64,000 nucleotides of DNA. Source: an uncultured archaeon (GTDB lineage: Archaea; Thermoproteota; Bathyarchaeia; Bathyarchaeales; Bathycorpusculaceae). Positions 32,825-42,446 of this stretch are shown in pieces. The notes beneath the pieces were generated by a model, which was not told the origin of the DNA, did not search any database, and worked only from the letters and a program-made list of their open reading frames with translations. The stretch spans positions 96,001-160,000 of the forward strand of contig CAWENF010000002.1 in the NCBI GenBank assembly GCA_963810275.1, written 5' to 3'. Position 1 is the first letter of the stretch, and the number at the start of each line of letters is the position of its first letter. The position numbers were made by a program, and so were the translations under genes.

Positions 32825-33328
32825 ATGGCTCTTTTAAGAAGTAAAGAATTCTGGGCTGCAACAGCAATTATCATAGTTACTATTCTTCTAATTATTGCCG
32901 ATAATGTTCGTTTGATTCATTTTGGATTTTTTGTCGGTCCTTTCCGCGTCAATCACTGGTTTGTATGGATTGGAACCTTGTACATCGCAGTATCTGTGCC
33001 AATAATAGCTTACCTTAAAAGGCACAGACCAAAAAAGTACTTGACTCTATTTAGAGTTCACGTTTTTGGCAACTTATTGGCTTTTCTTCTTGTCTCCCTT
33101 CACTTTGCAGGGCAAATAAGCAGACCAGCAACAGCCTATCCCGAATTAGGAACCGGACTAGCATTGTACATTATCATGATTTTGCTTGTTGCAACAGGTT
33201 TTACGCATAGATTTCAGCTGCTTCCTCAGATAAAATCTACAACAAGAAGGTTCATTCACATAGCACTGAGTTTTTCGTTTTACATAATTATAGGCATTCA
33301 TATTTTGCATGGATTAGGATTACTATAA
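32825..33328 (+). CDS. Hypothetical membrane protein with His-bearing TM helices (possible cytochrome b-like)
   Basis: About five TMs with His in RVHVFG, SLHF, FIHI and IHILH; TATA-like TATAAATA upstream. Confidence 0.55.
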   Translation: MALLRSKEFWAATAIIIVTILLIIADNVRLIHFGFFVGPFRVNHWFVWIGTLYIAVSVPIIAYLKRHRPKKYLTLFRVHVFGNLLAFLLVSLHFAGQISRPATAYPELGTGLALYIIMILLVATGFTHRFQLLPQIKSTTRRFIHIALSFSFYIIIGIHILHGLGLL

Positions 33329-33473
33329 GATCAAAAATAGTGTGTGTGCTTGAATTTTGTACTGTGTGTACTGGTTTCTGATGTTATAAGTCACGATAAA
33401 GAATTTTGGAATTTATTCTTAAAAAATAGTTTTCAATAAAAGGGGTTTAGTTGCGGAATATGGGTTGGTTTGT

Positions 33474-33764
33474 TTATCGCCATGCCCAGCATGGGCCATA
33501 TCCATATCCGTAGCCGCCTTGGTATGGTGCGGGAGCTGTTGCGTTAACTCCGGCTGGGGGCGCTACGTATTGTTCTTGTGCAGTGTTGTAGCCAAAGCAG
33601 TTTCCGATCCAGCCCCAGACGCCGTTGTTTTGGGCTTGTGTGTTTGGGGTGGTGTTTGTGTAGTATTGGTTTTGGGCTACTTGTGCTGCTGTTGCGACTC
33701 CAACCACAGTTAGTGCTAATGCCGCTATGGCGACTATTGCGATTATGATTTTTGTGGTTGTCAT
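33474..33764 (-). CDS. Small secreted hypothetical protein
   Basis: Signal peptide; Gly/Tyr-rich tail GYGYGYGPCW; SD GGTGA upstream. Confidence 0.6.
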   Translation of the reverse strand: MTTTKIIIAIVAIAALALTVVGVATAAQVAQNQYYTNTTPNTQAQNNGVWGWIGNCFGYNTAQEQYVAPPAGVNATAPAPYQGGYGYGYGPCWAWR

Positions 33765-33948
33765 TCTTTTATCACCATATTATAATATGGTAATGGTTTC
33801 TTATAGGTGTTTAGGTCAAAAACCAAAAATACACCATCAAAAGTCCATAAAACAAAGGAAATTCGATGATCAGCCGCACACTGCAATTAAGATAATAAGT
33901 TAACTTATTGGAAGCAAACTTAAATTTCATAACACACTAGATTTTTCT

Positions 33949-34674
33949 GTGAAACAAAACCAAGTAATTACTCTATTTACTGCTGCAACCTCAATTGCTC
34001 TACTACTCATAGTCGGAACTTACCTGTTACTGAATTCAACCACTACCCAAATGATGGATATGACATCAACCACCACCGACAACAGCGCCATCGCTCTTAT
34101 TCTAATTTCTGCGGCAATCATCATTTCAATAGCTCTGGTTTTGTATTTCTCATTCTCTAAAAAAAAGAAATCTCCCATACCTGAAAAAGACGAAGGGGAC
34201 ATCAGTTGCCCTGCAAAGACACAACCAATTGAGGAAAAATCCGCTCCAACAGAAGTGAGACCTTTTGATGTCTTTTTGTGCTACAAGAAGAGTTCGGGAA
34301 AAGATTTTGCCGATCATTTAAAGGTCGGTTTAGAAGAAGTTGGGTTTCACACATTCCAAGATTGCAAAGATATACCTCGAACGGTTGATACTCAAGAAGG
34401 CTGGGCTAATTTCCGTGATAAAGCATTAGAACAAAGCAAATATTTTGTCCTCATAATGACACCCGGATTCAACTTGTCCTCTGAAGTCGTTAAAGAAATT
34501 GGACTAGCTAGAAAGCAACCCAGTAAGAAATTCATATTTTTTAGGCTTCGCGGGATGAAAAGAAATATTACAATAGATTTAGGGACTGAAATTTTAGATA
34601 TCGGAAAGTTGGAGCAGGTGTCTTTTGAGTCCAAAGAGGAATTACTAAGACTTGCCTTAAATATTCTATCTTGA
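33949..34674 (+). CDS. Membrane-anchored TIR-domain protein
   Basis: Two N-terminal TMs; FDVFLCYKKSSGKDFADHLK, FHTFQD, SKYFVLIMTP and SSEVVKEI (putative catalytic Glu). Confidence 0.8.
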   Translation: MKQNQVITLFTAATSIALLLIVGTYLLLNSTTTQMMDMTSTTTDNSAIALILISAAIIISIALVLYFSFSKKKKSPIPEKDEGDISCPAKTQPIEEKSAPTEVRPFDVFLCYKKSSGKDFADHLKVGLEEVGFHTFQDCKDIPRTVDTQEGWANFRDKALEQSKYFVLIMTPGFNLSSEVVKEIGLARKQPSKKFIFFRLRGMKRNITIDLGTEILDIGKLEQVSFESKEELLRLALNILS

Positions 34675-34704
34675 TCTGGCTTGCTTTGAGTTTGCTTAAT
34701 TTAA

Positions 34705-36159
34705 TTATTCTCTTGGAATCACTGCTAAGAATGGTTCAGGCGCCATGTCCGCGGTGGCATAAACCGCAAGTGCTATGCTCCAGAAAACGTCGTCATGGGT
34801 ACCCGTCGGATGATAAAAGCCCACGTTGCCGTCTCTTCGCAGTTCATAGCGTTCAACGTTTAGTTCATTGCAGATTTCGCCATGGTAAGGTCGCTCCCAA
34901 GTCAGCAATGGATAGAAGAATTGTTTTGAGAGCATGCGCTGCTTTAGCAACCCAGCCATTTCGCTTTTTCTGGGTACACTAAAGTTTACGCCCTCAGCGT
35001 TATCTATGTCAGCGGCTTGCATGTCAGCGATGAAGCTTGGACCTTCTCTTGTGAAGTCTACCCGTATTCGTTCAAAGCCGCCCCATCGGTCCTGTAGCGC
35101 TTTTATGTAGCCTAAAACGTTGGCGTAGACGGTGGGTTGCTGGAATATTTTGATGTGTCTCAGAAGCAGACGGTCATTTAGGCGTTCTATTACTGAGAAA
35201 ACAGTGTAATCTCGGGTTTGGGCTAGATCCAATCCAGCGAAGAATTCGCCTTCTTTTTCAGTTTCGGAGTCGTATATGCGTAGTTGTTGGGTGCAGTTGG
35301 CAGCTGTGCCGATGCAGGAAGCGATTAGGCTTTGGGGTAGCCAGACATCGTCGTCTTCAGCCCAGTCCGCCTCCATTTCTCTTCGCCATCGTGAGAGGTC
35401 GTCGCCCATCTGGGTTTTGATTCGCTGGATTATGTTTGGTTTGAGTGGGCCGGCTGGACTTAGAGCTTTATGTACTGGTACATGGCTGGTTTTGAAGTCG
35501 GCGTAGTCTTTGTGGTTGAAGATCTTGAAAAATACGCTGTCTGTGTGCCATGGGGTGCTGCTGCAGACGAATTTGCCGTCTGTAGTGCCCAGCGTATAGA
35601 GGATGGCGTCATAGAGTTCTTGGTCGTTTGCTACGAAGTTAAACTCGTCCGCATAGACCACGTGCAATGTAGGGCCTCGGATTGTGTCGGGGTTGTTTGG
35701 GTAGGCTTCAATACTGCTGCCGTTTGTGAATAGTATTTGGGTTCGTTGTGGTTTTAGGGCGTTGTTTGGTGGGAGTTTGTGTGTTAAGGTGGCTATTTGG
35801 CTTAGGATGCGTTTTGTTTGTCGCCATGATGGTCCCACTATGCCTATGGCGCTGTTTGGGTGTGTTGTAGCGTACCATAGTAGCAGTGCGCTTATGATGT
35901 AGGTTTTTCCGCTTTGCCGGCACCATCTGGCTGCGGTGAACTGGTTGTTTTGGAAAAGGTTTGCGAATTCTTTTTGGTAGCTGTATGGTTCGAAACCCAT
36001 GATTTCTTTAAAAAAGTCGTTTGGGTTTGTGGAGAGCTCTTTTGTTCGTTGATTAATCTTTTGCTTAAGGTTATTGTCAGATTGCTGGAGGTTACGCCAC
36101 CGTTCCAGAAGGTGGTTGGGGCGCATCGTTCTTGCTTCCTTCTTTAAGTAGTTTGGCAT
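34705..36159 (-). CDS. terL: Terminase large subunit
   Basis: PYSYQ, Walker A WCRQSGKT, IRG, Walker B VVYADE, SSTP coupling motif, nuclease GLDLA..RDYT and HDDVFWS. Confidence 0.92.
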   Translation of the reverse strand: MPNYLKKEARTMRPNHLLERWRNLQQSDNNLKQKINQRTKELSTNPNDFFKEIMGFEPYSYQKEFANLFQNNQFTAARWCRQSGKTYIISALLLWYATTHPNSAIGIVGPSWRQTKRILSQIATLTHKLPPNNALKPQRTQILFTNGSSIEAYPNNPDTIRGPTLHVVYADEFNFVANDQELYDAILYTLGTTDGKFVCSSTPWHTDSVFFKIFNHKDYADFKTSHVPVHKALSPAGPLKPNIIQRIKTQMGDDLSRWRREMEADWAEDDDVWLPQSLIASCIGTAANCTQQLRIYDSETEKEGEFFAGLDLAQTRDYTVFSVIERLNDRLLLRHIKIFQQPTVYANVLGYIKALQDRWGGFERIRVDFTREGPSFIADMQAADIDNAEGVNFSVPRKSEMAGLLKQRMLSKQFFYPLLTWERPYHGEICNELNVERYELRRDGNVGFYHPTGTHDDVFWSIALAVYATADMAPEPFLAVIPRE

Positions 36160-36547
36160 TTTGCTCCTCCATGTCCTTTAATTTGGCTTCGATTGCGCAA
36201 TAATTAACAAAATCGGCTAAGTGATCTTTGTAAGTTTTAGCAATGTTTGCTATAACTTGGAGTCGCTGAACTTCGAGTTTGTCTAGACCTGGTTTAGTGG
36301 CGCTTTTGAGTGCTCCGGCAAGCATTCGCAAAGTTTCTTCGGGACTGGGAATGTCGTTGGGTAGGGAGATTGTTGTGTCAATGTAGCCTTTGGTTTGGAC
36401 TTTTAAGCCTAGGCGTTGGCATTTTAGTATTATTGCGCCGGGGGTTTTTTGGGTTATTTCGGCGATTTGTTGAAGGTTTTTGTTTGCTTCTACTAGGTTT
36501 TTTAGTTCTGTTTCTTGTTGAGGTGACCACTGTTTGCCTTTTGTCAT
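36092..36547 (-). CDS. Probable terminase small subunit (N-terminal HTH + helical domain)
   Basis: WSPQQETELK...IAEITQKTPGAI..KCQRLGL HTH; overlaps the terL start. Confidence 0.6.
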   Translation of the reverse strand: MTKGKQWSPQQETELKNLVEANKNLQQIAEITQKTPGAIILKCQRLGLKVQTKGYIDTTISLPNDIPSPEETLRMLAGALKSATKPGLDKLEVQRLQVIANIAKTYKDHLADFVNYCAIEAKLKDMEEQNAKLLKEGSKNDAPQPPSGTVA

Positions 36548-36634
36548 ATGTGTATTGGCTGTAGCTACGTTTATATAACAATTAATGTTAATATTTGACT
36601 GTATCTAAACATTTATTGTTAGTGGAGTTAGGAT

Positions 36635-37057
36635 ATGCTTGGCAATTCAATGAGAAAATATGTTATGAGTGAGAAGAAGAACGGTTACAGTAAAGCCGTG
36701 CAAGCCGTCTACAATAACCGAATCAAAAACTATGCAAAACAAGCAATCCAAGACTTAGCGTTACTAGCAGAAAAATTACCTGAAGACCAACAAGCCGACA
36801 TCTTTAATTGTGAAAACATGAAGCCGTTATTCAAAGCCATCCTAAAACCCGGCATAGAAGAAATCACCCAACTGACCCAAAACAAAGAATCGGCAAAAAA
36901 GAAAACAAACCGCTTGCGCCCTCTCACCTACCAGATAATAACCCTACTAAACAACTCTGAATTATCACGGTTAATTGCACCCATAGGAACAAGATACATG
37001 GTCAGAGAAGGCGGACAGTTAGCGCACTTAAAAGCAATCTATTACCGCAGCCTATGA
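36635..37057 (+). CDS. Hypothetical protein divergent from the terminase pair
   Basis: 140 aa basic helical ORF with A/C-rich codon usage. Confidence 0.5.
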   Translation: MLGNSMRKYVMSEKKNGYSKAVQAVYNNRIKNYAKQAIQDLALLAEKLPEDQQADIFNCENMKPLFKAILKPGIEEITQLTQNKESAKKKTNRLRPLTYQIITLLNNSELSRLIAPIGTRYMVREGGQLAHLKAIYYRSL

Positions 37058-37528
37058 CGGCCAAGACAATGAAGAATAACGCAATAGACGCTTCTTCGCT
37101 TAATCTTAAACAATCAAATTCCGAGTAGGCTGTTATTGCTTTCTTTTTTAATATTCAAACATTTACCTGATTTGTAGAGTTACAACCATTGATACCATAA
37201 TGCGACTAAAGACAAGGAAGTGGTTGGTATACCCATATGGAAAAGCTGTTTTGAACTCTCACTATTTGCAAGGAGGGTTTATGTTTTAAACGTAAGGCTT
37301 TTAGATAGCAAGAAAGTTGAAACCGAGGAAAAAATGTTTGACCATACATATGATCAAGACGAATATTTGAAATGCTGGAAAAAGATTAATTCACGAGAGA
37401 CTGAAAATGTATCGCCGATAAAAGCCATGTCTGTCGTTTCAGCCGACCACCAGATTTATTGTCAGCCCAAAACTACGGGCTTAAGTGGGGGACGCATATC
37501 AGCCGGTCTCTGTTCAGAAAAGAAATCT

Positions 37529-38377
37529 CTAATATCGGCTATCAGTAGATTCAGGCTTGCTTAAAATGTCAATAATGTATTTTGAAACTGATTTCACAAC
37601 CTTTTCATCAATCGAAACAATACCCGCTTCTTTCGTGAAACCGCCTGAAGAAGCACTATAGAGATTCATTGAAGAAACAATTGCAACTACATTATCAATA
37701 ACAATAATCTTTGCATGTATCTGATTGTCATAATGAATTAGCATTCCAGCTTTCTTTAGACTTGCCTGGCACTCTCTTTTGGTAGTATCATCATGATTAT
37801 CCTTAGGACGACGTGCAACAACCTTAACACTGATTTTTCTTAAAACAGCGTTTTCAAGATTTTTTGTAAGGTGACAGCTGTCAATGAAGGGATTAGTCAC
37901 TAAAATTTGATGTTGAGCCTTTCCTATCAACACCCTTGCTAATTCATCTAAATATTCGCCTTCAAGAAAGAAATGTTTTGACTCTATTGGAAAGTCAAGA
38001 TTCCGCATTTCGCGCCATTGAATTATCCATTGAATCAAACCAGCCTCTTTACTTACAGAAGATATAGGGAGGTCTTGTTTTGTTTCCATTACTAATTGAT
38101 GTGATTTTTGCGCTTGCCCTAAATCAGGCGAAATATTAGTTGTAATGTATTTTGTCCATTCTTGCCTAATTACCTCATCAACTAAAAAATAATTCTTACC
38201 TTCATACCTAATTACGTTCGCTTGACGAAGTGGAGCTAGGGCTCGTAGCAAGGCTTTTGGCGAGAATTCAGTTTCTTCCATTAATTTGTTAAAACTAACT
38301 GGTTCTTTTCCATGCAAAACGAGTGACTTAATTACTTTCCCTTGCCAAGTTCCAAAATACTTAGGATTTTGTGACAA
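37529..38377 (-). CDS. wHTH + phospholipase D-family (HKD) nuclease domain protein
   Basis: N-terminal wHTH; ILVTNPFID, IHAKIIVID, SSMNL, EAGI. Confidence 0.8.
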   Translation of the reverse strand: MSQNPKYFGTWQGKVIKSLVLHGKEPVSFNKLMEETEFSPKALLRALAPLRQANVIRYEGKNYFLVDEVIRQEWTKYITTNISPDLGQAQKSHQLVMETKQDLPISSVSKEAGLIQWIIQWREMRNLDFPIESKHFFLEGEYLDELARVLIGKAQHQILVTNPFIDSCHLTKNLENAVLRKISVKVVARRPKDNHDDTTKRECQASLKKAGMLIHYDNQIHAKIIVIDNVVAIVSSMNLYSASSGGFTKEAGIVSIDEKVVKSVSKYIIDILSKPESTDSRY

Positions 38378-38677
38378 TAAATCTCACTTTTGATAAATAG
38401 ATTTTAAGCAATGAATTTAAGACTTGTTAATCTGCGCTAATACTTAACAATTCAAAGACTGTATGCTTACGTATTTTATAACATTTTTAGTAGTATCTTA
38501 AGTATTAATAAATTCCCTACAGTTAATCGTTTAGAACGTCAAAAACTCTCACCCTCTTAAGAAAGGCGTTTAAAACCGCTTTTCCCTTTATGTGGAAAAG
38601 GGTTTGCTTCAACAAACCTTTTCGGATTCAGGTGGGTCACATGCAGGCAAATCATTTTTGATGGATGCTTACCGTAA

Positions 38678-39424
38678 TCAAGGCTCTTTAATCTCTACAG
38701 AAGAATTCTCATCAAATGGATTAATTCTTAAGGCTAAAGAGAATAAATACGGATAATCTCTTTTTAGGTCTCTCATATAATCTAACCACTGCAAGATAAG
38801 AAGATTATAGACTCTTTTTATGTCATCGGACAAGTGTTTGTAGTCAGACTCGGGCAATGATGAGAAATCATGTCTATTATCTAGTTCATCAGTCAAATGT
38901 AAGATGGCCAAAAGCAAATTTGTAAAAGACTCATGTTCAACTAAATGTGGGTTCTCCAATAATATTAAAAAGAAATGTCTTTTGCTTTTTAAAAAAGTTC
39001 TAACTTCGCCAAGGTCATATCTTTTACTATCTATGATTCCACTAAAATGTAGATTTTGCTTTAAAATTAAAAAATCTTTATTGGACCATTCCCTTTTTAC
39101 CATAAAGTTCTTTCTGAATTCGTTCACATTAGAATCGAATTTTAAGCATATATTCAACAAGTCGGTTCCCACTTCGCTAAAAAAAGTATCAATTACTATG
39201 TTAAGTTTCTTCAGAACGGATTGTTTCTCCCTGTATACAAGCAAGCGGTTTAAAACCAGCGTCACAATCATGACATCTATGAAAAGAAAGGCTATATCAC
39301 CTATCAAATAGATGAAAATATGGTGCAGATCGCGAAACACTATGTAATGAAATACATAAAAGAACACGGAAAGAGTCACTAAAATTAGCGCAAGAATTAT
39401 TTGCCAATTATGAGCTCTTTTCAT
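38678..39424 (-). CDS. Conserved-looking membrane hypothetical protein
   Basis: Two TMs; GDIAFL, FFSEVG, LLENPHLVEHESFT, YPYLFSLA.R.NPF. Confidence 0.7.
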   Translation of the reverse strand: MKRAHNWQIILALILVTLSVFFYVFHYIVFRDLHHIFIYLIGDIAFLFIDVMIVTLVLNRLLVYREKQSVLKKLNIVIDTFFSEVGTDLLNICLKFDSNVNEFRKNFMVKREWSNKDFLILKQNLHFSGIIDSKRYDLGEVRTFLKSKRHFFLILLENPHLVEHESFTNLLLAILHLTDELDNRHDFSSLPESDYKHLSDDIKRVYNLLILQWLDYMRDLKRDYPYLFSLALRINPFDENSSVEIKEP

Positions 39425-39614
39425 TTTCAGTCTCCAATATCCTTCTAAAGTTTAACTTATAAGTTTAGAGAATAAAGTCTTTAGTGTCTTTTAAATTGCA
39501 TGAAGTTAGAGGGTTATATCGAAACCTCAGGGGTCGTCTTTTTAAATCCTCTTTTTAATTCTGGCGGCAATATAAAATCGTCGCATAGTCACACATTCTT
39601 AATGTATTGAAGGA

Positions 39615-39818
39615 TTAATTGCCAGTTTTTTCATTTGTTACTTTCTTTATGTTTTCCCACATTTCTTCGTAGGTTCGGTCGCTAGTTGAATCAGGAAAAA
39701 GCTTCTTGTAAGCTAGATTGATGATGGCTGCCGTTGTCATAAGCTCAATAAATGACTCTATTGTTAGTCCTTCAGTTGCGTTAGCCAATACCTCAATGTA
39801 CTGCTCTTCTTCACTCAA
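39615..39818 (-). CDS. Small hypothetical protein
   Basis: 67 aa ORF with GAGG upstream. Confidence 0.4.
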   Translation of the reverse strand: MSEEEQYIEVLANATEGLTIESFIELMTTAAIINLAYKKLFPDSTSDRTYEEMWENIKKVTNEKTGN

Positions 39819-40088
39819 AGCTTGAACCTCTTACGCTTTCTTGTGGTTTTTACGCTTAAGTGCTTTGTGGGTAGCCCATGTGTGTCATCTATAAACTTTT
39901 TTCGTTCTTTGCCCTAAGAGACCCTAAATTATTTCTCAATGCGTATGTACAAAGGATGATGAATGTTTGGGTTAGCCTTTAGAACATCGGCATTTCTTTG
40001 GGTATGTGTTATTTCTTAGACATAGAGTTGAAGTCTTTGCTTTCGATATATTATTAAATGCATACGTTAATTATTCAATTGGTGAATT

Positions 40089-40379
40089 ATGTTGATTAGT
40101 TTTGAATTAATGATAGGTAAACAAGTTATTGGAAAAGGCGGCTTTATTATTGGAGAAGTTAAGGGTGCGGTTATTGATACCATTTCTTGGCAGGTACCCA
40201 CGCTACATGTAAAATTATCCGATAATGCTGCAACTGAACTTGGTTTCAAAAAGAGGTTTCGTAGTTCCGTTGTTTGCATACCAACAAAAATGGTTGAAGC
40301 CGTAGGTGATGTCGTAACAATTGCGCCTCCTCTAAAAGAACTCGCAGAAAGCGAAGAAGTAACTGAATGTAAAACATAA
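40089..40379 (+). CDS. PRC-barrel domain protein
   Basis: MIGKQVIGKGGFIIGEVKGAVID..SW, IP..MVEAVGDVV; GGTGA SD. Confidence 0.85.
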   Translation: MLISFELMIGKQVIGKGGFIIGEVKGAVIDTISWQVPTLHVKLSDNAATELGFKKRFRSSVVCIPTKMVEAVGDVVTIAPPLKELAESEEVTECKT

Positions 40380-40587
40380 AGTTGCTTCTCTTTGATAATT
40401 CCCCTTCTTGATTATCAAATATTTTTTGTCTATAATTAAAGGAACAAAGTTTTTTTATAAATTGAAAGAGATTTTGACCCCCCCTAAATGCCGCGTTTAC
40501 GACTTTGGTGTTAATTATTTCTAAAGTTATGCTTTCCTTTGCAGCAATCATGGTGGATTTATTCTTTTTTAATAGCCATTGCTTTAA

Positions 40588-40771
40588 TTGTTAGAAGCTC
40601 CGACGAGTACCTGTAAAAAAGACTCAGGATAACTCTGAGGAATTCGCTGGAGAAATCCGCGACTCCAAAGGTCCAGTAACTAAGTGGCTTTGGGTAGCTT
40701 ACATTGTTCTGATTATTTGGGCAGTTGCGTATTTGGCCCAGCATTGGAGCGAATTTGCGACCTTCCCATAA
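40588..40771 (+). CDS. Small single-TM protein (frameshift in the A-run at 40615-40620; not in ORF track)
   Basis: Reads ...SEEFAGEIRDSKGPVTKWLWVAYIVLIIWAVAYLAQHWSEFATFP*. Confidence 0.4.
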
Positions 40772-40930
40772 ACTCAGGGTTACTATAGAAGGCAACTTGG
40801 CAGTTCAACCGATTAAAGGATACCTTGAAATTATGCTTGGAAATGATAGTGAACCCTATAATAGTCTTTGTTACAGCTTAGTGTAACCCACATTTGTTTT
40901 TATCAAAAGAAGCGCTAACATGATAAACAA

Positions 40931-41050
40931 GGGATGCCCAAACATGTTGAGCGGGTTTGGCTGTTAACAAAAAAGAAGGCCTGTTTGCCCTCTTGTTGAT
41001 TTTGCCTTTTCTTTGTTAACACATGGTCAAGTCCGCTGAACAACAATTTT
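40931..41050 (+). ncRNA. Candidate structured ncRNA, copy 2
   Basis: Hairpin TGTTGAGCGGGTTTGGCTGTTAACAAA...TTTGTTAACACATGGTCAAGTCCGCTGAACA, homologous to copy 1. Confidence 0.45.
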
Positions 41051-41523
41051 CAGGATCAATATTGATTTATCTCGGATTTAACGCTTAAAGAAAATAGAAC
41101 CCAAAATTTCCACCCGCCCTTCCCTTTATTTAAACTAAAAACTTCGAAGAAGAAGGGTTACCAAGGTGATTGTATAACATTTACTTTAATTTTCTATGTA
41201 TAGAAGTTTTTGGGCAAACCTGGCAAAATTTTTGTTCACTTAGTTAAGATTTTTCTATTTCGTCTAAGAATCAATAAAGTTGCAATAACTATTGCTATGA
41301 CCGCAAATAGCAGAAATACAATTATGGCTTTGTTTTTAATTTGGGTTTTGTGATGTGTCATCAATTTGAAAAGGAACTTTATCGCCTACTTGAAATTCGG
41401 TGGTAGTAGCATACAATTTACGCCATAAAGTTGGCCAAGAGCAATAGAGACTTCTGCATATAGGTTTAGCGTATCCAGGCCATCTGTTACTTTTTAAGCG
41501 CAATGCTTTTGATTATCTGAAGC

Positions 41524-42057
41524 CTAACTTAAGCCGTTCTCAGCATCATGAGCATTTACATAGATAACAAATGAGTGAGAAGTTTGATCTGAGCTCATAT
41601 GCCAATCCATTTTGTACATATTTGGGTTATAACAAGGAACTTCCAAGAAACCTGAAAACGCTTTTGTGTCACCCAATTCCATAGTTCCTATATCTATTTC
41701 AAAAGGTATATCATGAGGCTGACCTTGAGCATCATAAAACGTAATGTTACTAGAAACGTAATCGCAACCCAATTTAACATTCGTTAATCTGTCAATATTA
41801 GAATTCTCGTCAAAGGCAATTGCTGATATGCTATAATTTATTTCTGTTTTTGTACTCGTTGGAGTAACAAGACTTCCAGCTGGAATAAGGCTAGTAATGT
41901 TCCACTCATAAGACTCGCCCCTATCATCGGTGCTCCCAAACGTAACGATTAATGGTTCTGGAATTTTTGTTTCAGGCCATTGGTTATTAGAATAATAACT
42001 AAGTCCTGAAAAAATCAAGCCCATAGCGATGAGCCAAAAGAAAAAAAGATAAACCAC
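41524..42057 (-). CDS. Hypothetical membrane-anchored protein
   Basis: N-terminal TM followed by a beta-rich extracellular domain. Confidence 0.55.
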   Translation of the reverse strand: MVYLFFFWLIAMGLIFSGLSYYSNNQWPETKIPEPLIVTFGSTDDRGESYEWNITSLIPAGSLVTPTSTKTEINYSISAIAFDENSNIDRLTNVKLGCDYVSSNITFYDAQGQPHDIPFEIDIGTMELGDTKAFSGFLEVPCYNPNMYKMDWHMSSDQTSHSFVIYVNAHDAENGLS

Positions 42058-42079
42058 ATAACGAAAAGACTTTACAGCA

Positions 42080-42322
42080 TTATCGCTTAGGGGGATTTTC
42101 TTCCTTACTTTTCAAGGTATCTGGTTTGGTTTGCTTGGGGAAATCCTTTTTCTTGTATTTGTATCCGTAATATGCTCCGCCAATTCCAAGTAGAAATGAA
42201 ACAGCCAAAAGCAAAGATGCTTCAAGAGTACCAATCAATTGAGTGGTTTTTAGAAGAAGAGCAACAGCAAAAACTATCACGAACGATGCTTCGAGAAGGT
42301 AATAGCGTATTTTGTACTCCAA
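42080..42322 (-). CDS. Small two-TM hypothetical protein
   Basis: Two hydrophobic helices and a Lys-rich tail. Confidence 0.5.
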   Translation of the reverse strand: MEYKIRYYLLEASFVIVFAVALLLKTTQLIGTLEASLLLAVSFLLGIGGAYYGYKYKKKDFPKQTKPDTLKSKEENPPKR

Positions 42323-42446
42323 TCATCTACCCAGTTAGCACTATACAGGTTAAAATAAAAGCGTACTGGTTGCCTGATTTTACGCTCTCCTCTTAGCGCT
42401 TACACTTATTGTGCCATAACTACTAAATCAGAGGCGACGGCTGGCG

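Noticed and set aside
37220-37564. 114-aa + strand ORF
   Set aside because: No recognisable motif, overlaps the PLD gene end, AT-rich context; possibly spurious or a remnant
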